64,000 nt of DNA from Candidatus Latescibacterota bacterium (GCA_965215195.1 CBDCDC010000001.1:800001-864000), one strand, 5' to 3'; shown: positions 1 to 9,762, numbered from the stretch's first letter. A program made the numbers and translations. The notes: generated from the letters alone by a model not told the origin.

Positions 1-1
1 C

Positions 2-958
2 TCAGCGAGGAACCGAGGGATTGACCAAGCCGCGGGCGACCTCGTCGTGTTGCTCGACGGAGACGCTCTGCCGGCTCCCGACCTGCTACAAACGTATTTA
101 GACGCCTTTGGGGAACTCGGTCCAGATAGCGTGTTGTGCGGCCAGCTATACTCACTGGCCGAATTGGAGTTTTTCCAAGACCCCCAACGCGGCACGCTCG
201 CCGATGTCGTCATCCCCAGCGTCCAGAAAGATTACCTAGAGAGTCATCGGGCGGCGTTGATCCTGACCGAAGCAATGGTGCGCCGCGATTTCGCAGCAAT
301 CCGCGAGAGGGCTGTCCCCGGCGGCTACCCGTTCCCCGAACTGGAACAGATGCAGGACGAACAAATCGATCTCTTTCGCCGGTGCCCAAACGCGGCGGTG
401 GCTTGGCTGGGTCTGACGCCCCACAACAGTGCTCTGCCCCGCGAGGTATTGCGATCCATCGGCGGGTTCGACATCAACATTCCCTTTTGCGAGGGGTGGG
501 AGATAGCGTATCGGTGCCAGCAATACGGGTGTCGGCTCTATGGAGTGTCGGCAGACACGTACCATCTGTACCATTTCCACGACTTCAACGCCGCCGAGAC
601 GGCCGTGCGCCACCGGGCCATCGAGTACATGGCCGACAAATTTCAAGAGCCACGCATCCGCTTGCTCTACTTCTGGTTCGCTCACCTGTGGCCAGACCCG
701 TTCCTGCCCGAAGAATCTCTGGTAGAGGACTTAGAGCCTATACGAAAATTATGTCAAACGGTCGACAATTCGGACTTGATTGAGGCGCAATAGGTAAGGA
801 AAACGTAGATTGCCAAGACCTTTTTATTATTAGGAAATCAATTTTCGTATAGGCTCTTAGTTGAGTTCGACCGACGCTACCGGACCCTCACGGATGCGGA
901 CTGGCAGCAGTACCAATTCCTGTTGGACCATCGTCCGAACCAGTGGGCTTTAGGCTGA
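2..958 (+). pseudogene. Family 2 glycosyltransferase, 5'-partial, interrupted by a MITE
   Basis: Frame from nt 2 reads SARNRGIDQAAGDLVVLLDGD (GT2 DxD region) and later GGFD...GWEIAYR. It stops at 793 inside the MITE. Removing the MITE plus one TTA gives ...VEDLVEFDRRYRTL...WALG* ending at 958. Confidence 0.8.
734..856. mobile_element. 123-bp MITE with IS5-like ends
   Basis: Perfect 17-bp TIR GAGCCTATACGAAAATT (734-750) / AATTTTCGTATAGGCTC (840-856), flanked by TTA at 731-733 and 857-859. AT-rich interior. Confidence 0.9.
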
Positions 959-1075
959 GCCTTGACGAGATTGAGCTTCAACTCTATTGACCTGTTCTCG
1001 ATCCAGGATCTCTACAGCCTGACCTGTGGACCGAGTTAAGTCGAATGCGATAAACAAGGAAGGTATTTTGAACAC

Positions 1076-2299
1076 ATGGAAATCGTTCCGTTAATTCCCG
1101 AGCGCGACGTAGCGATACAGTGGGCGCGGGTAGCACAAAATCGCGATGGGCAAACCCAAACAAAGGCTTGTCTCCTTTTAGGGCGCTATTACAAGGAACA
1201 AGGTGAACTCGACAAGGCCGAAGGGCTTTATAGAAGAGCCCTTGCGAAAGCACGGCAGTTTCAGGATCGGGAGATGGAAGCCGATGCGTGTAGCGGCTTG
1301 GGGCTTATGTACCAAGTCAAGGGACGGATGGACGAGGCGGTTGACTATCTCAATAAAGCTTTTGCGATCAATAGTGAACGCCGCGATGAGGAGCGGCTGG
1401 CCATCAACTATAGCAACAGAGGCTTTGTCGCTCATCTGCAAGGAAAAATTGCAGAGGCGCGAGAGTTGCACATACGCGCTCAGCAACTCCACGAGGCGTC
1501 GGGCAATAGGGCCTATTGGGCGGAAGAATGCGGCAACTTGGGGCTGTTGGCCCTCCAGCAAAACAAACCGGAGGAAGCCGAGGCCTACTTCCAGCAGGGG
1601 CTGAACGTGTGCCAAGAACTCGGCGATCTGCCGGGTACTTCTGGCCACTATCAGGGCTTGGGTATGGTCTATCTCCAACAGCGGCGTTTGGCCGAGGCCG
1701 AAGCCATCCTCAAGAAAGGCATTGCGATTGAGGAACGGCTCCAGCGCGACGCGGTGGCGCATCATTACGGCGTCTTGGGGGGCGTCTATAGCCAGACGGG
1801 TCGGTTTGATGAGGCGGAAGCCATGTACCGGCGGACGCTGGCCATCCAACGAAAATTAGGTAATAAACAGTTTGAGGCTCGCACCTTGGGCGGTCTGGGG
1901 CAGGTGCTATGGGAGAAAGGTGACACGCGAGAAGCCACGGCGTTGTTCCGGCAGGCGAAGGCACTGTTTGACGCGATTGGAGACGACAAAGGCCAAGCAA
2001 TACAGGCGACTGTTTTGGGGAATGCCTACATGAACGTTGAAAACTTTCATGCGGCTGAGGAGGCGTATCGGCAGGCTGTGCAACTGCTTGAGAAAGTATC
2101 GGACTTAAAGGCCGTAGCCGACGTTAGAGTTAGCTTGGGGGGAGTCTATGCGTCGAATCAGGCTCCTTTTGATGCCTTACTTCAGTGGCGGCAAGCCCTC
2201 GGACTATACCGCGAACTCCAGCTAGACGACAAGGTTGAGTTCGTAGAAAAACTGCTGAGGACGAGCGGCCGAATGGGTGGCGGCGTTGCGCTTGTTTAG
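1076..2299 (+). CDS. Tetratricopeptide repeat protein
   Basis: Repeated TPR motifs (LG.Y..QG..D.AE..Y.RAL) across 407 aa. Confidence 0.85.
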   Translation: MEIVPLIPERDVAIQWARVAQNRDGQTQTKACLLLGRYYKEQGELDKAEGLYRRALAKARQFQDREMEADACSGLGLMYQVKGRMDEAVDYLNKAFAINSERRDEERLAINYSNRGFVAHLQGKIAEARELHIRAQQLHEASGNRAYWAEECGNLGLLALQQNKPEEAEAYFQQGLNVCQELGDLPGTSGHYQGLGMVYLQQRRLAEAEAILKKGIAIEERLQRDAVAHHYGVLGGVYSQTGRFDEAEAMYRRTLAIQRKLGNKQFEARTLGGLGQVLWEKGDTREATALFRQAKALFDAIGDDKGQAIQATVLGNAYMNVENFHAAEEAYRQAVQLLEKVSDLKAVADVRVSLGGVYASNQAPFDALLQWRQALGLYRELQLDDKVEFVEKLLRTSGRMGGGVALV

Positions 2300-2698
2300 A
2301 CAGCTCGGTATGGAGCTGTAGAGCTAAGCGGTTATGAAGGCCATGGCCGCTTGACCCAAACGCCTTCCCCATAGACCGCCACCCCCGCACCAACCTCTCT
2401 CCCCTTCCACCAACGCCGTCCAACACGGCCTCAGCAGGCGGCGGCACCGTTCCCCTGAACAGGGCCTACGCCGCAATCAACAGGTGCGCCCCTGCGATGT
2501 TTAGACGCATCAAAAGCGATGATTCGACGCACTTGTGCGATATATCCGCGCACTTTTAGCGCGTTAAGAAGGCATCGCAAAGGGTCTGAGCGATCGGCGA
2601 GAACTTTATTTTACTCTTTATAAGATATTATTTAACAGTAATTTATGAATTGAAAAAAGCAAAGAAATCGGCGCACTCGTCGCTCGCTGGCTACTATT

Positions 2699-2714
2699 TG
2701 GCACGATGCTTGCT
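2699..2714 (+). promoter_or_regulatory. Sigma54 (-24/-12) promoter
   Basis: TGGCACG-ATGC-TTGCT matches TGGCACG-N4-TTGCW. It lies ~80 bp upstream of the 2795 start, after an AT-rich tract (~2605-2665). Confidence 0.75.
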
Positions 2715-2794
2715 ATTAACTAAGCAGAAGCCACAACCTGTGCTGGCCTACCGTTCCTCGCTGCGCGCCAGCATCCTCTAGAAAGGAGTTCGCC

Positions 2795-4306
2795 ATGTCC
2801 TCGCTCTTCTATATTTTCGGCCTGCTGCTGTGCGCCCTTGCGGCCCCTGCCGAAACCTTGACCAAGGAACAGCAGCGCATCTTGCTCGACCTCGAAGAGG
2901 CCCATTTGACGCTGGAACAGGCCAAAGCGCGCGAAGCCGAAGTCGCAATCGAACACGATCAGATGATCGGCCTCAAGGAACGCGGCGTGGTCACCGGCCA
3001 AGAGTTGCGCCTTGCCCGCGAGCGGTTTGAGCGCACCCGCCAAGAGCGGCAACGCGCCGACTTAAACCTCCAGCGCGCCTTCCTCCACTCCCTCAGCGAC
3101 GCCACCCACCTGACGGTCGTCAATGGCCAAAAGTACGGCGTGGAAGGCGACAAGGTTCGCGTGCGGCTCACCCTGCGCAACGACTCTGACCTCCACCTGG
3201 CGCAAATGGTCGATCAGGCGCGCCGGCGCTACGCCATCAACGGCCTCGACCAAGACGCGGCCTCCCTGTTGCAGGTCAACAACATCTTCGTCACCATCCT
3301 CGCCGATCACGTCATGGTCGGCCAGCCCTACCAAGTCCACATCCCGGTGCTGGCGCTCGGCGAGGCCGTCGAAGTCGAGGTCGGCTTGCAGCGTCCCGAA
3401 GTCGAAGACCTCACCGTGCAACTGCAATACCTCAACCGCACCGACGCGCACGTCATTCACCTCGAAAAGGCGTCCGCCCGCGACGTGGTGCGCGTGTACG
3501 CCACCCAGTTTTCCCAAGAAGGCGCTTTGGGCAATGCGGTGGCCTACGAGTTGCACTTGGAGCGGCTGGCCGAAGACGAAAAGATCTTCCAACTGATGGC
3601 GCACGGCCTGCCCGACGACTTCCGCTGGGCGTTTGAGAGCGAAGGCCGCAACCTGTCGCGGCTGCGCTTTTCCCGCGACCACTCCAGCGAATCGCTGATC
3701 CTCAACGTGTTCGTCCCCGAACAGGCCGAGCGCTTTGCCGTTGATCAGCCGATCCTGTTCTCGGTGCTGGCCTACGAGCCTAAGACCGTGGAGGCCGAGG
3801 CGTTGGCCGCGGCCGATCCGGCGCGCTGGCAGGCCCTCGGCATTGGCTACGAGCAACTGCAACTGGTGCCCACCGGCCGCGCCGAATTGGAGCTGACCAC
3901 CCTCAACCTCGACCTGTCGGTCAATGGCGAAGGCGAATCCCAGTCCGTTTGGCAGGTGCGCAACCTCGGCACGGTGGCCTTGCTCGACATCCGCCTGCAA
4001 GCCCTGTCGCCGCCGGGCTGGGAGGTCGCGTTTGAGCCGCCGGAAATCGCCCAGATCGCCCCGCGTGAGGAAATAGAGGCCACGCTGACCGTGCGGCCGG
4101 TCCACAGCGCGGAAATCGGCCGCTACGAAGTCAAGACCAGCGCCAGCACTCAGCACAAGGGGCAGTGGGTTGAGTCGGTTGAGCGCACCGTCAACATCAA
4201 CATCAAGAGCGATGGGTCGTTTTGGGGCATCACCGGGTTGGTGCTCTTGCTGGTGACCATCGTGCTGGGCGTGGCCGTCTTCACCGTGCAATGGAGCAAG
4301 CGATGA
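2795..4306 (+). CDS. Exported, membrane-anchored protein with N-terminal coiled coil and C-terminal NEW3 (NPCBM-associated) Ig-like domain
   Basis: Signal peptide, heptad region, V.N.G...L..I.L....PPGWEV.F.P..I..I.P motif and C-terminal TM helix. RBS AAGGAG. Confidence 0.65.
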   Translation: MSSLFYIFGLLLCALAAPAETLTKEQQRILLDLEEAHLTLEQAKAREAEVAIEHDQMIGLKERGVVTGQELRLARERFERTRQERQRADLNLQRAFLHSLSDATHLTVVNGQKYGVEGDKVRVRLTLRNDSDLHLAQMVDQARRRYAINGLDQDAASLLQVNNIFVTILADHVMVGQPYQVHIPVLALGEAVEVEVGLQRPEVEDLTVQLQYLNRTDAHVIHLEKASARDVVRVYATQFSQEGALGNAVAYELHLERLAEDEKIFQLMAHGLPDDFRWAFESEGRNLSRLRFSRDHSSESLILNVFVPEQAERFAVDQPILFSVLAYEPKTVEAEALAAADPARWQALGIGYEQLQLVPTGRAELELTTLNLDLSVNGEGESQSVWQVRNLGTVALLDIRLQALSPPGWEVAFEPPEIAQIAPREEIEATLTVRPVHSAEIGRYEVKTSASTQHKGQWVESVERTVNINIKSDGSFWGITGLVLLLVTIVLGVAVFTVQWSKR

Positions 4307-5688
4307 CTACCTATCGATCGACGTTAGCCGCCCTCTGCTGCTGGGCGAGCATGGCCCCGGCCGAGGAGTGGAACCTCACGACGTGTCAGCGCGCCGCCGG
4401 CCAGCACAGCCCGGTGCTGGGGGCGGCGCACGCCCGCTGGAACCAGACGCGGGCACGCACCCGCCTCGACTACGCCGAGCAGCTGCCGACCCTCGGCCTG
4501 AACGCCGAGTACGAGCGCAGTGAATTGGCCGCCGCGAATGCGCCGGAAGCCGATCAACGCGAGCTATTCTTAGAAGCCCAGCAAGAGCTCGTGCGCTACG
4601 GGGCCCCCACGGCCTCGCGCTTTGCCGCCCAGCACCAAGAGCAGGCGGCCCAGGCGCGTTACCGCGAGACCATCATCGCTGTCGATAGCGAGGTGCGGCA
4701 AGCCTATTACCGCCTGCTGCTGACCCGCGACGAAATCGCCAGCCGCGATGAGTTGCTCGCGTACTTCCGCGCCAAAATGGAGCGGGTGCAGACGCGCCTT
4801 GACGCCGGCTTGGCGCGGCCGGTGGAGTTGCATGAGGCCGAGTTAGAGGTGTTGGAGGAGCAGGCGCGCATCAACACCCTCCAGCGCACCCTGCGCGCCC
4901 TGCATCTACAGCTTTTCACCGCGATCGGCTTGGTGGGCAAACGCTCGCTGCGCGCCATTGAGATCGTCGGTCCGCCCTACGAGCACCTCCAACTCCTCGA
5001 CCCCAGCGAAGCGGACCTGCCCGCCCTCATCGAGGAAGCCCACGCCAACCGACCGCATCTGGCCGAACTGGTCTGGCAAATCGGCCAACAGCAGCACCAA
5101 GCGCGCAGCGTGTTCTGGCAATGGCTGCCGCACGTCGGCCTGCAATGGACCAAGGATTTCCAAGACACCGATCTCGGCTTGCAGTGGAGCGGCAACGGCC
5201 AGACGTGGAAGGTGGTGGGATCCGGGCGCCGCGCGCTGGCCAGCCGGGGCTTGGAGCCGGCGCGGGACAGGGGTGAGGGCTGGCGGGTGATGGCCAACGT
5301 GTCCCTGCCGCTGTTCCAAGGCGGGCGGCGCTTGGCGCAGTCGGCCGAAGAGCGGGCGCGGCTGCACGAACTGCGCCAAGACCGCGACGAGACCCGCAAC
5401 TGGATCGAACTGGACGTGGTCGAAGCGTTTTACGCCTTGCAGAGCCGGCGGGAAAACACCCAAATTCTGCGTCGGCGCGCCGATGTCGCCCGCCAGCGCT
5501 TGGACACGGCCGAAGAGCTGTTTGAAAACGCCATGGGCAACCTCAACTTCGACGACCTGCGCCGCCAGCGGGTGGCGGTCAACGTGGCCGAGCAGAGCTA
5601 TTTCACCGAGCGTTTGGCCTACGTCCTCGCAGCCGAGGAACTGCGGCGGCTACTGGGGCGTGCGCTCCAAAGCGAGTTTTACAAGTAA
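4303..5688 (+). CDS. TolC-family outer membrane efflux protein
   Basis: OEP-like repeats (EVRQAYYRLL; VSLPLFQGG; DVVEAFYAL). ATG at 4303 overlaps the upstream TGA. Confidence 0.75.
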   Translation: MTTYRSTLAALCCWASMAPAEEWNLTTCQRAAGQHSPVLGAAHARWNQTRARTRLDYAEQLPTLGLNAEYERSELAAANAPEADQRELFLEAQQELVRYGAPTASRFAAQHQEQAAQARYRETIIAVDSEVRQAYYRLLLTRDEIASRDELLAYFRAKMERVQTRLDAGLARPVELHEAELEVLEEQARINTLQRTLRALHLQLFTAIGLVGKRSLRAIEIVGPPYEHLQLLDPSEADLPALIEEAHANRPHLAELVWQIGQQQHQARSVFWQWLPHVGLQWTKDFQDTDLGLQWSGNGQTWKVVGSGRRALASRGLEPARDRGEGWRVMANVSLPLFQGGRRLAQSAEERARLHELRQDRDETRNWIELDVVEAFYALQSRRENTQILRRRADVARQRLDTAEELFENAMGNLNFDDLRRQRVAVNVAEQSYFTERLAYVLAAEELRRLLGRALQSEFYK

Positions 5689-5717
5689 ATTCCTAACTCA
5701 ACCGAAAGGATCGCATC

Positions 5718-6440
5718 ATGTTGGAAATCATCGGACTGTCCAAGCACTACGGCGACGTCAAAGCCGTCACCGACCTCAACTTGACTATCCAAGAAGGCGA
5801 GGTCTTCACCATGCTCGGGGCCAACGGCGCGGGCAAGACCACCACCTTGATGGTCGCGTTGGGCTTCACCGAACCGACCAAAGGCACGGTCAAGCTGTGC
5901 GGCATCGACATCACCGAGCAGCCCTTAGAGGCCAAAAAGCACGTGGCCTATGTCTCGGAAAACGTCATGCTCTACGGCAACTTCAGCGCACGGCAGAACT
6001 TGGATTTCTTCACCCGCTTGAGCGGCCAGCCGTCCCAAGACGCCGCCCACTACGACCAAATCATGGCGCGTGTAGGCTTGCAACCGGAGGCGTTTGACCG
6101 CCGGGTCAAGACGTTTTCCAAGGGGATGCGGCAGAAGCTGGGCATTGCCATTGCCATCGCCAAGGACGCCCGCATCGTGCTGCTCGACGAGCCGACATCC
6201 GGGCTTGATCCCAAGTCCGGGGCTGAATTCTTGGAGCTGTTGGATGAGTTGCGCCACGAGGGCAAGGCGATCTGGATGACCACCCACGACGTGTTCCGCG
6301 CGCGCGTGATCGCCGACCGGCTGGGCATCATGGTCGAGGGGCATCTGGTCAAGACGCTCACCCGCGACGAATTCCAAGAAGCCGACTTGGAGCGCCTTTA
6401 CGTCGAATACGTGGAACGGCCTGTCCTACCAGCGGCCTAG
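5718..6440 (+). CDS. ABC transporter ATP-binding protein
   Basis: Walker A GANGAGKTT, signature FSKGMRQK, Walker B LLDEPTSGLD, H-loop TTHD. Confidence 0.95.
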   Translation: MLEIIGLSKHYGDVKAVTDLNLTIQEGEVFTMLGANGAGKTTTLMVALGFTEPTKGTVKLCGIDITEQPLEAKKHVAYVSENVMLYGNFSARQNLDFFTRLSGQPSQDAAHYDQIMARVGLQPEAFDRRVKTFSKGMRQKLGIAIAIAKDARIVLLDEPTSGLDPKSGAEFLELLDELRHEGKAIWMTTHDVFRARVIADRLGIMVEGHLVKTLTRDEFQEADLERLYVEYVERPVLPAA

Positions 6441-6456
6441 GGGGAGGGGCGTGGTG

Positions 6457-6512
6457 GGGTGTGTAGGTCAATGGCCCTGCTGAACGTCATGGACCTACAC
6501 ACCCTCCACTTT
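6457..6512 (+). terminator. Stem-loop after the ABC ATPase, possible terminator
   Basis: 13-bp arms GGGTGTGTAGGTC (6457-6469) / GACCTACACACCC (6492-6504), followed shortly by TTT. Confidence 0.4.
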
Positions 6513-6581
6513 GCAGCGACTCATCTTGTCAAAAGGGAAGTTCGCGCAAAAGGTAAGCCCCCCACCTTCCTCCCCTCACAA

Positions 6582-6695
6582 GTGAACAACGGGTTTGCGG
6601 GACTGCGCAAGGAAGTGAATACCAAATTTCACTGGACGCTCGGCGTCGTCTTGGCCAGTTGGATTTCCACCATCGGGACGCTGTTGCTCAAGTAA
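6582..6695 (+). pseudogene. Remnant of a small coiled-coil/TM protein
   Basis: VNNGFAGLRKEVNTKFHWTLGVVLASWISTIGTLLLK* resembles the C-terminus of small helix-plus-TM proteins. The upstream part of the ORF overlaps the hairpin and looks non-coding. Confidence 0.3.
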
Positions 6696-6697
6696 GC

Positions 6698-6761
6698 TCC
6701 CCTACTCCCCAAACAAGGCCGCCACATCCCGCTCCACCTTTTGCCGCCGCTCCTCGGCGGG
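6698..6761. repeat. 64-bp direct repeat, copy 1 (duplicate of the herA 3' end)
   Basis: Identical to 8073-8136 except C6705/T8080. Confidence 0.95.
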
Positions 6762-6803
6762 AACAAGCCGAGAGTCATTACGGCGTCTTCCTTGCTTAGC
6801 CTT

Positions 6804-7244
6804 TCAATCATCGGTATCCTCGTCTTCGTCGGCGACACTTTCAAAAGAATCTAGATCGGCTTCAATATTGAACTCCACTTTGCTCCAGCGGATTATTTCG
6901 TCTAGCACCTCGATGACGCGGCCCTGACCCGCCAAGCTGTCCAAAATAGCGATCAACCGTGGGATGTTAAAAATATCTTCGATAGCGGCCATATACCGCC
7001 GTACAATGTCGCGCACTCCGTATTGCTCTTTAGCACCATCTTCTAAGCGCGAGCGAATTTCATCGATCTCAAGCGTAGTCTTAATCACAAACGAGATTGG
7101 ATATCTCTCGATTTTATCTATATCCAAAAAGTATTTTTTTACATCGAGAGTTTCCGTAACTTGAAAAAACTTACCTAACGGCCTCATGACGAAATCAATA
7201 CCTCCGTCATTGGCATTAGTTCGTCCCGTCTTAAACAATTTCAA
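6804..7244 (-). pseudogene. C-terminal fragment of a type II restriction endonuclease, partner of the YhdJ/AvaIII-like MTase
   Basis: KTGRTNANDGGIDFVMRPLGKFFQVTETLD is a PD-(D/E)XK-like core. Only 146 aa, starts with TTG directly at the MTase stop, lower GC. Confidence 0.6.
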
Positions 7245-8071
7245 TACCCGTCTTCGTAGGACTTCAGCGGCCGGTGTAAATGCTCTCCCTTGTACTCGGC
7301 AGCCAGTTCGAGTCGTCTAAGTCCAATTTTCAGGTACTCCTCGTCAATCTCAATACTCGTGCTTCTACGGTTGAGATTGGCGGCAGCGCGAGCCGAAGTA
7401 AATGTTCCGGCGAACGGATCGAGAACGACGTCTCTAGGGTTTGAACTAGCGGCAATAATGCGCTCTAGTAACGAAATCGGCTTTTGCGTAGGATGCCGCT
7501 CGTATTCGGGCATCCGATAGCGTACCCGTGGAAAGTACCAAGCATTGCCGGGCACTTTCCTAGCATTGTATTGGGTGGGAACCGGTTTGCGATAGTCAAT
7601 TAGTTTGCGCTGCGCCCCAGTTTTGGCCTCGACGAGGATGTCGTCTGCATTGAAGGTATAGTGCTTGGGATCTTTCACACAGTGAAATATCGGCTCCCAA
7701 AGGGAGCCAAAGTATCGCTGGGCTTGTACGCCAGAGCTGTCGTAGTGCCAGACAATCCGCGAGAGAATGGTCAGGCGTTGGCGCAAGAGCAAATCAAACG
7801 GTGCAAAACACTGCGTAGCGCACATTACATACAGGCTGCCGGTCGGCTTGAGCTTGCGGACACATAGGTCGAGCCAGTGGGATACCCACGTGCAATACGC
7901 CTCTTCACTGGGCCATTTGTCGCGCCAACCGTTGAAGTTTTTGCCGATATTGTACGGCGGATCGGCAAAAATCAGGTCAATGCTGGACTCTAAAATCCGA
8001 TCCGACGCGAGAACGCTGAGCGCATCGCCGTGGTAGATGGTGTGTTGTCCGTTTGAAAACGTCTCCATCAC
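7241..8071 (-). CDS. yhdJ: Beta-class N6-adenine DNA methyltransferase, YhdJ-like
   Basis: DPPY motif IV before HPTQKP and LDPFAGTFTS (motif I). SRIVWHYDSSGVQA and LVEAKTGAQRKLIDYRK segments are typical of the YhdJ family. Confidence 0.85.
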   Translation of the reverse strand: MMETFSNGQHTIYHGDALSVLASDRILESSIDLIFADPPYNIGKNFNGWRDKWPSEEAYCTWVSHWLDLCVRKLKPTGSLYVMCATQCFAPFDLLLRQRLTILSRIVWHYDSSGVQAQRYFGSLWEPIFHCVKDPKHYTFNADDILVEAKTGAQRKLIDYRKPVPTQYNARKVPGNAWYFPRVRYRMPEYERHPTQKPISLLERIIAASSNPRDVVLDPFAGTFTSARAAANLNRRSTSIEIDEEYLKIGLRRLELAAEYKGEHLHRPLKSYEDGY

Positions 8072-8072
8072 T

Positions 8073-8136
8073 TCCCCTATTCCCCAAACAAGGCCGCCAC
8101 ATCCCGCTCCACCTTTTGCCGCCGCTCCTCGGCGGG
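8073..8136. repeat. 64-bp direct repeat, copy 2 (herA 3' end)
   Basis: Matches 6698-6761 at 63/64 positions. Confidence 0.95.
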
Positions 8137-9762
8137 CAGGTCGTCCATGCTGCCCATCGCGCCATAGAACGCGGCGTCGTAGTCGCGGGTCTTGATCACC
8201 ACCGGCATGGGCACGGCGTGGCCGATGATCAGGGCCTGCTGCTTAGAGTCGAGGCTGGCCAGCACGCTGCGCAGCCCGTCGGTGCCGCTGACGCCAGTAA
8301 GCACGGCTTGGATGTCCTTTTCGTCGTTGAGCAGAGCCGTGATGCGCGTACCGATCTGCGACAGCACCTCGTCGTCAATGCTCGACGGCCGCTGATCGAC
8401 CACCAACAGCGACACATAGTACTTGCGCATCTCGCGGGCAATCGTGCCGAAGATGGTCTGCTTAGCCGCCATGGGGTTGAGGAACTTGTGCGCCTCCTCA
8501 ATGGTGATCATGAGCTGCCGCGGCTGGTCTTCGGTGCGCTGGGTGGCGTAGAAGCGCTCGCTCTTTTTGACGTACATCTCGTGGATGCGCCGCGCAATGA
8601 TGTTGGCGACCAGCAAATAGCACAGCATACTCGTCTGCTGCCCGAACTCCAGCACCACGTTGATGCCCTTGTCGAGGTATTCCATGATGCGATCCACCAC
8701 GTCGCCGTCCCGGACCTTGGAGACCATAAAGGGAAAGTTCTCGATCCGTTTGAGCTTGCGATGCAGGGCCACCAAAGAGCCGGCGTGCGCGCCGATTTCG
8801 CGGGCGAATTCCTCCACATCCGGGCCTTCCAACTTCAAGAGCGTGCTCAGCCAGCGCTCCTTGTAAATCGCGTACACTAAGTAGGCCGATTCCACGGCCG
8901 TGGGGTTGAGCTTGAGCTCGTCTTGCAGCGGGGCAATGTCTTCGACTGTAATCTGGTCGTAGGAGATATAGACCTCGTGGTCCGGCTGTACGCCGCGGGC
9001 GCGGGTTGATTGGGGGTCTAGGGAAAAAATCGCCACCCGCTCGCCGAAAAGCTGCTTGAGGCCCTTGACGAAGGTCGTGGTGGAGCCGTTTTCCTTCATG
9101 GCCTTGAACCCGTACTCGTTGTGCATGTCGAAGATCAGGTTGACGGCCTTGTCGAAGTGAATCAGCCCGCACAGCACCAGCCGCGTCAGGAAGGACTTGC
9201 CCGTGCCGGTCTTGCCGAAGATGCCGTTGGAGCGCTCGGCAAAGCGGATCATGTCGAGGCAGACCTCAGTGTCCATGTCGAGCGGGTGGCCGATGCTGAA
9301 GTAGCGGCCCTCGGCGTCGCCCTCGCTGCCGAAGATCTTGGCCACGTCGGTGGCCATGGCCTCTTGCACCTCGGAGAAGTGACTCGGAATGGCCTTGACC
9401 GGGCGCGGGCCTTCTTCGGCTGCTGCGCCCTTGGGCATCATCAGCATGGGCCGCAACGAGACGATGTTGTACGTGCTGGTGCCGGCGAGCACCTGGCGCA
9501 GCAGCGCGTCTTCTTGGCTCGGGGGATGCAGGAGAACTTCTTGGTTGTTGGCGTCGAGGCGCATGTCGGTGACCATGGAGAAGAAGTCGTTTTTGTCGCC
9601 CTCGATGACCACGAACTTGCCGGCCTTCATGTCCTCGACGTTCTGCTCGGAATCCAGCTTCATTTCCAGCCCCTCGACCAGCGAACCTTTGGTAATCACC
9701 CCGATCTGCTGGCCGCGACCGGCCGCAACCGGCACTCCGTTGCCCGCGTATTTTGCCATCAT
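8077..9762 (-). CDS. herA: HerA-type ATPase/helicase (HAS barrel plus DUF87)
   Basis: GIFGKTGTGKS Walker A, IFDMHNEYG, IEEAHKF Walker B, IAREMRKY, DQRPS. Adjacent to nurA. Confidence 0.9.
   Translation of the reverse strand: MMAKYAGNGVPVAAGRGQQIGVITKGSLVEGLEMKLDSEQNVEDMKAGKFVVIEGDKNDFFSMVTDMRLDANNQEVLLHPPSQEDALLRQVLAGTSTYNIVSLRPMLMMPKGAAAEEGPRPVKAIPSHFSEVQEAMATDVAKIFGSEGDAEGRYFSIGHPLDMDTEVCLDMIRFAERSNGIFGKTGTGKSFLTRLVLCGLIHFDKAVNLIFDMHNEYGFKAMKENGSTTTFVKGLKQLFGERVAIFSLDPQSTRARGVQPDHEVYISYDQITVEDIAPLQDELKLNPTAVESAYLVYAIYKERWLSTLLKLEGPDVEEFAREIGAHAGSLVALHRKLKRIENFPFMVSKVRDGDVVDRIMEYLDKGINVVLEFGQQTSMLCYLLVANIIARRIHEMYVKKSERFYATQRTEDQPRQLMITIEEAHKFLNPMAAKQTIFGTIAREMRKYYVSLLVVDQRPSSIDDEVLSQIGTRITALLNDEKDIQAVLTGVSGTDGLRSVLASLDSKQQALIIGHAVPMPVVIKTRDYDAAFYGAMGSMDDLPAEERRQKVERDVAALFGE

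Noticed and set aside
2300-2520. Possible gene remnant or repeat after the TPR gene
   Set aside because: A C-rich tract with no convincing motif, TIR or second copy in the window.
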